64,000 nt of DNA from Rikenellaceae bacterium (GTDB taxonomy: Bacteria; Bacteroidota; Bacteroidia; Bacteroidales; Rikenellaceae), in assembly GCA_031550125.1 (NCBI GenBank), contig JAVBOW010000018.1, forward strand, positions 25,572 through 89,571, in the 5' to 3' direction. Made by a program: the position numbers and the translations under genes. This document shows positions 30,929-40,009 of the stretch, piece after piece. A model generated the notes under the pieces. That model saw only the letters and a list, made by a program, of their open reading frames with translations. It did no database searches and was not told the DNA's origin. Numbering within the stretch: position 1 is the stretch's first letter; every line of letters starts with the position of its first letter.

Positions 30929-31168
30929 CGGATACTTAGCTCTTTAGCGTCGCTCGCCGGCATGTTCCCGTCATATAAAACATGCAGAGGTTAATGCATT
31001 GAATATTATTGCGTTATGTTATTGAAACGAAACCGGGACGGATCGTCGTCCCGATTTCGCATAATTATTTTGCAAAAAAACGCCTGAGGAGTAGCGTTTT
31101 TTGTCTTTTTTACACATCTTTGTCCTCTATATCCAATTTATATATCAAATAGTTAACCCGAATTTGTC

Positions 31169-33538
31169 ATGATAGATTCACAGTCTATGGGTGTAGAAAC
31201 CCTGCAAATGATCCTGGATAATATGCAGGCGACCGTGTATGTTACGGACGCTGAGACATATGAGATTATATTCGCCAATAAATTCCTGAAAATGCAGTTT
31301 GGCGACGACGTGCTGGGAAAACCGTGTTATTCGGGAATCAGCAAGTTCGATAAACCATGCCCCTGGTGCCATATGTCCCAAGTCAAAGAGTTGCCGATAG
31401 GCACTCCCCACGTTTGGGAAGATCGTAACCTGGAAATGGATATGTGGCTTAACGTCGAGCAGACGATAGTCAAATGGCCCGACGGCCGAAATGCGCACAT
31501 AGCGGTCCTGCGAGACATAAGCGGCATAAAAGAGAACGAGGAGAGGCTCAAGGAATATAAGGTGGAGTTAGAGCAGCTTCTCGCCGAAAAGACCGAAAAC
31601 GAGCAGATGCTCAAATCGATAAGTGATAACCTGCCCGGAAGTTTCGTCTTCCAGTTCCGGGGCGATATGAGCCACCTGCCGCGCCTGACCTACATAAGCA
31701 GCGGGGTTAAGGAGCTGTGCGGCATGACGGCCGAAGATTTTCGCGACGACCCTCTGGTTTTCGTAAGGATGTTCGACCCGCGCGATGCGCAGATGATAAT
31801 GGACCATGTCCGCAAAGGTTCGGACTCGTTCTCCTACGAGACCAAGATAATGCCTATGAACGGCAAGGACCACGTGTGGTTGCTTTTCTCGGGCGTGTTG
31901 CGCAAGGCGGATGACGGAGAACTGATAATGGACGGCATGGCGGTAGACATAACCGCACGCAAGGAGATGGAGGCCGAATTGCAGAAGTCGCAGGAAGAGT
32001 TGCTCCACAACGCCGCCCTGATGCGGGAAGTGAGCAGCAATATGGTGAACAGCGCCCTGTACCGCAGCCATATAGATAAGATCGGCAACATCCATCTGGA
32101 TTTTGCAAGCGAGCAGATAGAGAAGATCACGGGGGTGTCGAAAGAGGAACTTTTCGCCGATCTGAAGAATTGTTTCCGCTTTGTGCATCCCGACGACAAG
32201 GATTTCTTCATGTCGCACATAGCGGCGAGCAGCCTTTCCATGGCCGATGACAACGTAGAGTTCCGCTATGAGATAAACGGCCAGACCAAATGGTATAAAA
32301 TGCAGTCCAAGGCCATCATGCAGGACGGGGTGCTTTACCGCGACGGCATGGTTATAGACATCACCTCCCATAAAGTACTTGAGGAACAGCTTATCAAGGC
32401 CCGGGATAAAGCCGAGGAATCGGATAAGCTCAAATCCACCTTCCTTGCCAACATGAGCCACGAGATACGCACCCCGATGAACGCCATCATCGGTTTTCTG
32501 GAGTTCCTCTCTTCCGACGACGACATTCCGCGCGATATGCAGAAAGAGTATATGCGCATCGTTTCCGACAACGCCAACCAGCTGCTCAAACTGATAGGCG
32601 ATATCCTCGACATATCTAAGATAGACGCCGGGCAGATGAAGATCGTTCCCGAGCAGAGTAACGTGAATATGTTGCTGTTAGATATACGTACGTCGTTCAT
32701 AGCCTCCGGCGCGATACCCGCCGAAAAACAGATAGAACTTATCGTGGACGACAGCGGACAGGATGCCGACGGCACCTTTACGATAGACAGCGCGCGTCTC
32801 CGGCAAATACTGAACAATATGATCGGCAACGCCATCAAGTTCACCGATAAGGGCCATGTCAAATTCGGTTATAACGTCACGCCAGAAGGGCTGAAATTTT
32901 ATGTGGAAGATACAGGGATAGGCATATCCAAAGCCAAACTGGAAGATCTCGGCAAGCCTTTTCACCAACTGCACGACGTGTCGCAGTCGGCCAAATACGG
33001 CGGCACAGGCATAGGCATGGCCATATCCATCAATCTCGTCAAACTGATGGGAGGTATGTTCAAGGCCCAGTCGGAAGAAGGTAAAGGCACCCGGTTCGAA
33101 TTTATAATACCCTGCAAGGAGATCTTTGCGGCGGACGAGCCTGAACTGGAAGATTCTGCAATGTACGATCTTACCGGACGCACGATCCTGATAGTGGAGG
33201 ATATAGATTCCAACCTGAGCTTCCTGCGTACGTTGTTGCGCCAAAGCAACGCCACGCTGCTCACGGCTGCCGACGGCAACCAGGCGGTGGAGATAGTCAA
33301 AACCCACCCCGAGATAGAGCTGGTGCTGATGGATGTCCGCATGCCCGTTATGGACGGCCTTACGGCAACCAAACGCATAAAGGTTTTCCGTCCCAACCTT
33401 CCGGTGGTGGGCCAGACGGCCTATGTGTCGCCCGAAGACCAACGGAATATGCATGAGGCCGGCTTTGATGATTTCATTCCCAAGCCGGTAAAAAGGTTGC
33501 TGCTGCAGGAAAAGATAAACAAGTTCCTGAATATTTAA
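31169..33538 (+). CDS. Cytoplasmic hybrid sensor histidine kinase / response regulator with multiple PAS domains
   Basis: No TM helices. About three PAS-like segments. H-box [11 protein letters not shown], HATPase G-boxes ([15 protein letters not shown]) and a receiver domain ([13 protein letters not shown]). Confidence 0.85.
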   Translation: MIDSQSMGVETLQMILDNMQATVYVTDAETYEIIFANKFLKMQFGDDVLGKPCYSGISKFDKPCPWCHMSQVKELPIGTPHVWEDRNLEMDMWLNVEQTIVKWPDGRNAHIAVLRDISGIKENEERLKEYKVELEQLLAEKTENEQMLKSISDNLPGSFVFQFRGDMSHLPRLTYISSGVKELCGMTAEDFRDDPLVFVRMFDPRDAQMIMDHVRKGSDSFSYETKIMPMNGKDHVWLLFSGVLRKADDGELIMDGMAVDITARKEMEAELQKSQEELLHNAALMREVSSNMVNSALYRSHIDKIGNIHLDFASEQIEKITGVSKEELFADLKNCFRFVHPDDKDFFMSHIAASSLSMADDNVEFRYEINGQTKWYKMQSKAIMQDGVLYRDGMVIDITSHKVLEEQLIKARDKAEESDKLKSTFLANMSHEIRTPMNAIIGFLEFLSSDDDIPRDMQKEYMRIVSDNANQLLKLIGDILDISKIDAGQMKIVPEQSNVNMLLLDIRTSFIASGAIPAEKQIELIVDDSGQDADGTFTIDSARLRQILNNMIGNAIKFTDKGHVKFGYNVTPEGLKFYVEDTGIGISKAKLEDLGKPFHQLHDVSQSAKYGGTGIGMAISINLVKLMGGMFKAQSEEGKGTRFEFIIPCKEIFAADEPELEDSAMYDLTGRTILIVEDIDSNLSFLRTLLRQSNATLLTAADGNQAVEIVKTHPEIELVLMDVRMPVMDGLTATKRIKVFRPNLPVVGQTAYVSPEDQRNMHEAGFDDFIPKPVKRLLLQEKINKFLNI

Positions 33539-33563
33539 ACGGATACGGATACGATCTGCTTTC

Positions 33564-33610
33564 ACCGCCCGGTTTTATTGCTGTAAAACCGGGCGGTTTG
33601 CTGTTTTTTT
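33564..33610 (+). terminator. Intrinsic terminator after the hybrid kinase gene
   Basis: Perfect 13-bp stem ACCGCCCGGTTTT (33564-33576) / AAAACCGGGCGGT (33585-33597), followed by a T-run (CTGTTTTTTT). Confidence 0.65.
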
Positions 33611-33654
33611 GTTACTTTTGCGACTCGATATTATCTATTTTTTATACAAATGTT

Positions 33655-35379
33655 ATGAGTTTACAGGAGCTTAGCGAACAGGAACAGGTGAGGCGCAATT
33701 CGTTGGCGCAGCTACGGGAGTTGGGTATCGACCCTTACCCCGCGGAAAAGTATGAAGTGACCGCCGCCGCCGCGGATATTACCTCCGGATTCGATCCGGA
33801 AAAAGGCAATTTCGCCGACATATCCATCGCGGGCCGCATCATGAGCCGCCGCATCATGGGCAGCGCCTCATTTTTCGAATTGCAGGACCACACGGGCCGC
33901 ATACAGGTTTATATCCGCCGCGACGACGTTTGCCCCGAGGGCGACGCCACGCTTTACAACACGGTATTCAAGAAACTGCTCGATATAGGCGATTTCGTGG
34001 GTGTCAGGGGTTTTGCGTTCATAACCCAAACGGGCGAGCTTTCGGTGCATTGCAACGAATTCAAGCTGCTAAGCAAATCGATCCGCCCGCTGCCCATCGT
34101 CAAGGAGAAGGAAGGCCAGGTTTACGACGCCTTTACCGACCCTGAGGTGCGCTACCGCCAGCGCTATGTCGACCTTGTGGTAAACCCCCAGATAAAAGAC
34201 GTTTTCCTCAAACGTACGAAGATCATCAACACCATGCGCGCGTTCTTCAACGAGCGCGGTTACGTGGAGGTCGAGACGCCCATTCTGCAGCCTATTCCCG
34301 GAGGGGCGGCGGCGCGTCCGTTCATCACGCACCACAATACGCTCGATATGTCGCTCTACCTGCGCATAGCCAACGAGTTGTATCTTAAGAAGCTGATAGT
34401 AGGAGGTTTCGACGGCGTATACGAGTTCGCCAAGGATTTCCGCAACGAGGGCATGGACCGCACCCATAATCCCGAATTTACGGTAATGGAGATATATGTC
34501 GCCTATAAAGACTATATCTGGATGATGGAATTCGTTGAGCAGATGCTGCAGACCGTCGCCATGGCCCTGCACGGCAAAACGGAGTTGACGGTAGGGGAGC
34601 GCGTCATAAATTTCAAAGCGCCTTTCCGTCGCCTTACCATGACGGACGCAATAAAGGAGAAGACGGGTTTTGACATAACAGGCAAAACGGAGGACGAACT
34701 TCGCGCGGAATGCAAGCGCCTCGGCGTGGAGGTCGATCCAACGATGGGCAAAGGTAAGCTGATCGACGCCATATTCGGCGAGAAATGCGAGGCCGATCTC
34801 ATCCAACCCACATTCATAACCGACTATCCGATAGATATGTCGCCGCTATGCAAGCGCCACCGTTCGAATCCCGATCTTACCGAACGCTTCGAACTGTTCG
34901 TGGCTGGTAAGGAACTTTGCAACGCCTATTCCGAGCTGAACGACCCTATCGACCAGCTGGAGCGTTTTCAGGAGCAACTGCATCTGAGCGAAAAGGGCGA
35001 CGACGAGGCTATGTTCATCGATATGGATTTCGTCCGCGCACTGGAATACGGCATGCCTACTTGCTCCGGCATGGGAATTGGAATAGATCGCCTGACGATG
35101 TTCATGACCAACCAGTCGTCCATACAGGACGTGCTTTTCTTCCCGCAGATGCGTCCCGAAAAAAATGCGGTGAGGGACAGCGACGAGAAGTTCGCTGCGG
35201 CCGGAATACCCGCCGAATGGATACCCGTGCTGCGTAAAATGGGCTTCGAAACGCTCGAAGGGCTTTCAAAACTCTCCCCGGGCAAGTTATTCAACGACCT
35301 GTGCGGATACAATAAAAAGAACAAGGCCGGGCTGGCAAACCCCACGCCCGACGATGTGAAAAAGTGGATAAACCAATAA
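33655..35379 (+). CDS. lysS: Lysine--tRNA ligase (class II) with about 70-aa C-terminal extension
   Basis: Starts [15 protein letters not shown]. Contains an OB anticodon-binding domain and the class II core ([25 protein letters not shown]). The canonical end FFPQMRPEK is followed by 71 further residues. Confidence 0.95.
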   Translation: MSLQELSEQEQVRRNSLAQLRELGIDPYPAEKYEVTAAAADITSGFDPEKGNFADISIAGRIMSRRIMGSASFFELQDHTGRIQVYIRRDDVCPEGDATLYNTVFKKLLDIGDFVGVRGFAFITQTGELSVHCNEFKLLSKSIRPLPIVKEKEGQVYDAFTDPEVRYRQRYVDLVVNPQIKDVFLKRTKIINTMRAFFNERGYVEVETPILQPIPGGAAARPFITHHNTLDMSLYLRIANELYLKKLIVGGFDGVYEFAKDFRNEGMDRTHNPEFTVMEIYVAYKDYIWMMEFVEQMLQTVAMALHGKTELTVGERVINFKAPFRRLTMTDAIKEKTGFDITGKTEDELRAECKRLGVEVDPTMGKGKLIDAIFGEKCEADLIQPTFITDYPIDMSPLCKRHRSNPDLTERFELFVAGKELCNAYSELNDPIDQLERFQEQLHLSEKGDDEAMFIDMDFVRALEYGMPTCSGMGIGIDRLTMFMTNQSSIQDVLFFPQMRPEKNAVRDSDEKFAAAGIPAEWIPVLRKMGFETLEGLSKLSPGKLFNDLCGYNKKNKAGLANPTPDDVKKWINQ

Positions 35380-35391
35380 ATATCATAAGTT

Positions 35392-36147
35392 ATGAGAAGG
35401 AAAATAGTAGCAGGAAACTGGAAAATGAACACCACTCCCGTGGAGGGCGTGGAGCTGGTGAAAGAAGTGGCTGCAGGTAAAGGCGGCGTATGTAAGGATG
35501 TGGAATTCATCGTAGCGCCTCCCTTCACCCACCTTTCGGAAGTAGTTAAGGCTACCCGTGGCACAGGCATTGCCGTGGCTGCCCAGAATTGCGCCGCCGA
35601 GCCTAAAGGCGCCTATACGGGCGAAGTGTCGGCCGGAATGATAGCTTCGCTCGGAGTGGAGTATGTAATCCTGGGCCACAGCGAGCGCCGCGAGTATTAT
35701 GGCGAAACGAGTGCTACCCTGGTAAAGAAAATATCGGAAGCCTACGCACTCGGGCTGTCGCCTATCTATTGCGTGGGTGAGAAACTCGAAGAGCGTGAAG
35801 CCGGCAAGCATTTCGAAGTGGTACGCAAACAAATAGAAGAGGTGGTTTACGACCTGCCCGCGCCCCAATACGAAAAACTGATAATCGCATACGAACCCGT
35901 GTGGGCCATAGGTACCGGCAAGACGGCCACCGCCGAGCAGGCACAGGAGATACACGCCTACATACGCGAAGTGCTGCGCAAGAAATACGCCGCGGCCGCC
36001 GATAAAACTCCCATACTCTACGGAGGAAGCTGCAAACCCTCTAACGCCGCTGAAATATTCTCGAAAGAGGACGTGGACGGAGGCCTGATAGGCGGCGCGG
36101 CGCTCGTGGCGTCCGACTTCCTGGCTATAGGCAAAGGTTTCTGTTAA
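35392..36147 (+). CDS. tpiA: Triosephosphate isomerase
   Basis: 251 aa. Contains NWKMN, GHSERR and AYEPVWAIGTG. Confidence 0.95.
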   Translation: MRRKIVAGNWKMNTTPVEGVELVKEVAAGKGGVCKDVEFIVAPPFTHLSEVVKATRGTGIAVAAQNCAAEPKGAYTGEVSAGMIASLGVEYVILGHSERREYYGETSATLVKKISEAYALGLSPIYCVGEKLEEREAGKHFEVVRKQIEEVVYDLPAPQYEKLIIAYEPVWAIGTGKTATAEQAQEIHAYIREVLRKKYAAAADKTPILYGGSCKPSNAAEIFSKEDVDGGLIGGAALVASDFLAIGKGFC

Positions 36148-36160
36148 GGGTCGGAAAACA

Positions 36161-36198
36161 AAGAAAAAGGCTTGCAGTAAACTGCAAGCCTTTTTCTT
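36161..36198. terminator. Intrinsic terminator after tpiA
   Basis: Perfect 18-bp palindrome arms AAGAAAAAGGCTTGCAGT (36161-36178) / ACTGCAAGCCTTTTTCTT (36181-36198), with a GC core flanked by A/T runs. Confidence 0.75.
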
Positions 36199-36270
36199 TG
36201 GGAGTAGATCCAATAGTAGCTTTGTCCGAATAACACTAATTTAGCTAAATAAAAATCTGGGATTATTTTG

Positions 36271-36475
36271 GGGTCAATGTAAAAACCGGGTGGAGCGAAT
36301 ATTAAGAATTGTATTCTACTGTGTATTTGCAATACCGAAGACAAAGGAAAGACCAATAAGCTGGCCCGGTAAGTACTGATTGCATTTCTCGCAGAAGCTT
36401 TGGGTGAATGGAAGAAAATCCGCTATATACTAATCTCTGTTTCTTCTCTCCTCCACCCGGTTTTTACATTGACCC
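36271..36475. repeat. 205-bp non-coding element bounded by perfect 25-bp inverted repeats (MITE-like / inverton-like)
   Basis: GGGTCAATGTAAAAACCGGGTGGAG at 36271-36295, and its exact reverse complement at 36451-36475, with a 155-bp spacer. No credible ORF lies inside. Confidence 0.9.
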
Positions 36476-36530
36476 TCTAAATTCGGACTGAGCCGTCAAA
36501 ACACACCTAAACCAATACCCGCCCCAAAAT

Positions 36531-36562
36531 AAAAAAGCGGCCTGCATCGCTGCAAACCGCCT
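36531..36562 (-). terminator. Intrinsic terminator downstream of the tRNA
   Basis: The minus strand reads GGCGGTTTGCAGCGATGCAGGCCGC followed by TTTTTT. The stem is closed by GCGG/CCGC plus inner pairs. Confidence 0.6.
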
Positions 36563-36570
36563 TCTGAGGG

Positions 36571-36645
36571 TGGGCCCAACAGGGCTTGAACCTGTGACCC
36601 CCTGATTATGAGTCAGGTGCTACTAACCAACTGAGCTATGGGCCC
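36571..36645 (-). tRNA. tRNA with CAU anticodon (elongator Met, or Ile2 if lysidine-modified)
   Basis: The minus strand reads GGGCCCATAGCTCAGTTGGTTAGTAGCACCTGACTCATAATCAGGGGGTCACAGGTTCAAGCCCTGTTGGGCCCA (75 nt). Cloverleaf elements: 7-bp acceptor stem, anticodon stem CCTGA/TCAGG with loop CTCATAA, T arm ACAGG-TTCAAGC-CCTGT. G1:C72 excludes an initiator. CCA is not encoded. Confidence 0.9.
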
Positions 36646-36699
36646 CCTTTGCAATATTTGCTTCCGCTCCACTGGGGGTAAGTAGCAATTATCGGTTTG

Positions 36700-36730
36700 C
36701 AAAAGTACTCAAATCATCCGTATTTGCAAA
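36700..36730 (-). promoter_or_regulatory. Bacteroidetes-type promoter for the tRNA gene
   Basis: On the minus strand, TTTG (36730-36727) and TACTTTTG (36707-36700) are separated by 19 nt, about 55 nt upstream of the mature tRNA 5' end. Confidence 0.6.
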
Positions 36731-36925
36731 ATTTAACCTTAATTTTTCTTGAGATCGATCTAAATTTTCTTGAAAAGCGGTCGCAGGGTACTTGAAAGGG
36801 CGAGAAAGATCAAGAAGGATATTTAGGAACCGGTCTGAAAAACAGGATGGCGCTCAGATAAGCGGCGCAAGAGAATACTGCGCCTTACGATGACATGTAA
36901 CACATAATTGAGACAGGCCCTATAT

Positions 36926-39409
36926 TTAGCTCTTAAAAGGGTGGGGGTATTCCACTCCCATGGTTTTATAGTATTCCATGGCGAAAGCCTGGTATTTTAT
37001 CCTTGCCTCCTCTGTCTTTTTGAGTTTTTGCAGTGATTTGACCATCAGGTTCAGAGCCTCCTCGTTCAGCGGATCTATATTGAACAGCGCCTCGGCAAAG
37101 GCTATGGACATGGGATAATCTTTCGCCGTGTAGCATTTCTCCATTTCGAGTGACAGGACCGGCTCGAGTTTGTGTTCGACCTCCTGTTTGAAAGTATCGA
37201 AGATGGAGTGATCCGAGAGCTTCAGGAATTTGCCGCGTTTGATTATTTCCACAAGCTCCGCAGTGTTCTCTTCGGTCTGTTTCGACGATATTATTTGCAG
37301 GCACCGCGAATAGTCGCAGTAGAATGCCTGGCTTTGCACTATTTTAAAGCAGCCTTTGTCGTATATCAGTTCCACGCCGTCGAGTTCGCTCAACACTTTG
37401 CGCAGATGGTTTATCGTTACGCCGCGAGAATTTTTGACCTTATCTTCGGGCTTTCCTCCCCATAGCAGGTCGCTCAGATGTTGCGAGCTGATGCCGCCGT
37501 TGGCATCGTTCTGGAGTATGAGGCAGAACGTCTGCTTGAGCCTCGTACTGAACATGTGGGTTATATCTTTGTTGTATCTGTCGCGTACTTCGAAATCGCC
37601 GAACAGGTATATCGCATTGGGTTTGGACGACTTGCCAGAGCCGTTGTCTGTGTCCGGCGACCGGGTGTCCTTGCGGTTGCCGCCGCCCCTCCTTTGCTTT
37701 AAGAACAGTATCCATGCGGCTACGGCGCATCCGCATGTCAACAGAATAAGCGCCAGTCTCATGCCTCGCTTACCGTGCGGATAGCTCACTAACTCCGTTG
37801 CCGTTATCGAGGGGAAGGCAAGCGAGTATATTTTGAGGTCGGACGCTATATCGTCGCTGAATTCCTGCACTACGGCATACAGATTGTTCATCTGCCCGTC
37901 GTAATAGATATTGGCGTTGGTCGTTATCTTATCCGAATGTATGGGGATCGAGTCGCCGAGTATCTCGTAACTTCCGTCGACGAGAGAGAAGCGGTAGAGC
38001 CTGAGGAACGAATCGGAGAAATGCTCCGGATAGCAGAGCGTGTAAAAGCAGGAATCGTCGAGGATCACCATCCCGCGTACGGGTACCACATTATTGCTTT
38101 TCCAGGGAATTTCCCATAATTTGGAGACATGGTTGGTGCTGAGGTCAACCTTGTGCAGGTCGTACAAATATCTGCGGCCAACGATCTGCTCTCCCGATTC
38201 GTTGCCCATTCCTCCGAATATATATACGGAATTATTCTTTTTAAGATATCCTACCGACGAGAAATAGCGTGGGCATATGGCGTCGCCGCCGAAACCGTCA
38301 AGCACCGACCACGTCTTGGTATTTATATCGAAAGAGTAGAAGTCTTTACTGTAGTGCATATTGCCGAACCCTCCGAAGATCGTGTAGCGTCCGGCGTCGG
38401 GATCGAAATACGAACCGTGATGGTGCAACTTCGAAGGCAGTTGCGCCGTGCTTTCCGCGGTCCACTGATAGGTATCCAGATCGATGGTGGCTACGGTTGC
38501 GCCTCCGGGAGTGTCGACGCATGTTTCGTAGGCATACAGCTTGTTGTTGCGCGTATCGACGAAATTCGTGCCGAGGGCCAGCTTTACGGGACACCTCTCC
38601 GGGAATATTCTGGTCGTAGTATTCCCCGTCTTTACGTTGTAAATGAATATGGCGTTGCGGTTGAAATAGTAAAATTCTTTCCTGTCCGGGTTATAGTTGG
38701 CTCCCGCCGCCGTTTCGGATTTGAAAGATGCGATGTAACTCCAATGGTATGCGTTATTTATGAGCCATACAGGATTTTCGGATGCGCCTATCGTTTTACC
38801 CTTCCGATCGTGTACGGCATTGCCTGCGTTTTCCCTCAGCGCGAAAAAAAAGTTTTCCGCTCCATTGCCTATGTACAGGTTTTTTATGGCGAACGAAGGC
38901 ACGTCTATTATGTGGTCGCTTTTGCCAAACAGTATTTCAGGGTAATATTTATCCGGCAAATCGATATTGCCTGCTCCGAATGTTTTACCGTGTACGTCCA
39001 GTTTCACCGAATCGCCCTTGAGATCGAACGAAATGGTCATTTTCATCCATTGGGTGTCCGGTAATTCGTCACGACCTATTTCGGTGGTTATCAAACTGCT
39101 TTTGCCCTCTTCGTTGAGTTTGAATATTACCTTCTCGCCCTGCTCGTCGTAGAACAGGTTGTAAATCGTGTCGCTCTTCTCGTTTTTTATACGGATTATG
39201 TATCCTATCTTGCTCTCGGGATAGAGGGCCAGGTCGAATTCTATCCTGAAACCGCCTGAGAACGTTATTGATTTATTGTGGAAAACATCGTACGACGTAC
39301 GTTTATCTATCGGTTGCTCACTACCGTTAAACCTCAATCCTCCCTGTGCATATGACGCCTGGGAGAACAGGAGACAAGTGATAAATAGTATGTAATAAGT
39401 TTTTCCCAT
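36926..39409 (-). CDS. Single-pass membrane transcriptional regulator: secreted LamG-like + Kelch-like beta-propeller sensor, TM helix, cytoplasmic SARP/OmpR-type winged helix + helical (BTAD/TPR-like) domain
   Basis: The track start at 39415 is a TTG; the ATG at 39409 gives the signal peptide MGKTYYILFITCLLFSQASYAQG. Repeated YxFGG motifs (IFGGFG, YIFGGMG) suggest Kelch blades. TM helix MRLALILLTCGCAVAAWILFL (37700-37762) is followed by KQRRGGGNRK. The tail IYLFGDFEV...LSDLLWGGKPEDKVKNSRGVTINHLRKVL matches the SARP-type DNA-binding pattern. Domain names are from pattern recognition only. Confidence 0.7.
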   Translation of the reverse strand: MGKTYYILFITCLLFSQASYAQGGLRFNGSEQPIDKRTSYDVFHNKSITFSGGFRIEFDLALYPESKIGYIIRIKNEKSDTIYNLFYDEQGEKVIFKLNEEGKSSLITTEIGRDELPDTQWMKMTISFDLKGDSVKLDVHGKTFGAGNIDLPDKYYPEILFGKSDHIIDVPSFAIKNLYIGNGAENFFFALRENAGNAVHDRKGKTIGASENPVWLINNAYHWSYIASFKSETAAGANYNPDRKEFYYFNRNAIFIYNVKTGNTTTRIFPERCPVKLALGTNFVDTRNNKLYAYETCVDTPGGATVATIDLDTYQWTAESTAQLPSKLHHHGSYFDPDAGRYTIFGGFGNMHYSKDFYSFDINTKTWSVLDGFGGDAICPRYFSSVGYLKKNNSVYIFGGMGNESGEQIVGRRYLYDLHKVDLSTNHVSKLWEIPWKSNNVVPVRGMVILDDSCFYTLCYPEHFSDSFLRLYRFSLVDGSYEILGDSIPIHSDKITTNANIYYDGQMNNLYAVVQEFSDDIASDLKIYSLAFPSITATELVSYPHGKRGMRLALILLTCGCAVAAWILFLKQRRGGGNRKDTRSPDTDNGSGKSSKPNAIYLFGDFEVRDRYNKDITHMFSTRLKQTFCLILQNDANGGISSQHLSDLLWGGKPEDKVKNSRGVTINHLRKVLSELDGVELIYDKGCFKIVQSQAFYCDYSRCLQIISSKQTEENTAELVEIIKRGKFLKLSDHSIFDTFKQEVEHKLEPVLSLEMEKCYTAKDYPMSIAFAEALFNIDPLNEEALNLMVKSLQKLKKTEEARIKYQAFAMEYYKTMGVEYPHPFKS

Positions 39410-39603
39410 AAACAACGCCCACCGCTATAAAATACTCCGACACAAAGGTTTATACACTATATTATTACAAAGATAGCAATTTATTCTAAAATCGGATATA
39501 AAGGCCGAAAAATGTTGTATTTTTTCATACAACAGGGTCGCTCGGAAATAAAATGTTAAAATATTACTACCTTGTACGCATATTTATAACCTGGTTATTG
39601 ATT

Positions 39604-40005
39604 ATGATAATTCCGTTTTTGAATTTTGCGGGCCGCGCGGGCGAGGCCATTGCGTTTTATGAAACCGTCTTTGAGGTGGGCGACAAACGAGTGGCGCTCT
39701 TCGGCGATATGCCTGATGAAATGAAGCCTAATTTCCCGCCGCACACGCAAGGTTACGTCATGCACGCGGAGATGACCATTGCCGGAACGCAAGTGTGGAT
39801 GGGCGATACGGTAAATGGCGTCACTCCCGGAGACATGCTTTCTCTGTCCGTCCCGATGGAGTCGCAGGAGGCTATCCGGGCCGCTTTCGGGAAGCTGCAA
39901 GAAGGCGGGAAGATCCATATGGAGCTTGCCCCGACATTCTATAGTCCGCTTTTCGGTACGGTAGAGGATAAATTCGGCGTTATATGGCATCTTATCTGCC
40001 AATAA
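39604..40005 (+). CDS. PhnB-like / VOC (glyoxalase-fold) family protein
   Basis: The ATG at 39604 gives MIIPFLNFAGRAGEAIAFYETVF, the usual N-terminus of this family, and the protein ends FGVIWHL. 133 aa. Confidence 0.7.
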   Translation: MIIPFLNFAGRAGEAIAFYETVFEVGDKRVALFGDMPDEMKPNFPPHTQGYVMHAEMTIAGTQVWMGDTVNGVTPGDMLSLSVPMESQEAIRAAFGKLQEGGKIHMELAPTFYSPLFGTVEDKFGVIWHLICQ

Positions 40006-40009
40006 CGCC

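Noticed and set aside
36144-36356. A 70-aa minus-strand ORF, and a 27-aa plus-strand ORF (36405-36488), crossing the inverted-repeat arms.
   Set aside because: Both share the peptide PPGFYIDP only because each reads the same repeat arm. The 70-aa ORF also reads through the tpiA terminator hairpin and into the tpiA stop. There is no start context or family resemblance.
36271-36475. The inverted-repeat element as a retron msr/msd locus or a classical promoter inverton.
   Set aside because: There is no reverse transcriptase gene anywhere in the window. There is no adjacent invertase, and the IR lacks the Mpi-type ARACGTWCGT core as I recall it. No full TAnnTTTG box lies inside. Both flanking genes point toward the element, so there is nothing for a flipped promoter to drive. 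It is kept as an open finding instead.
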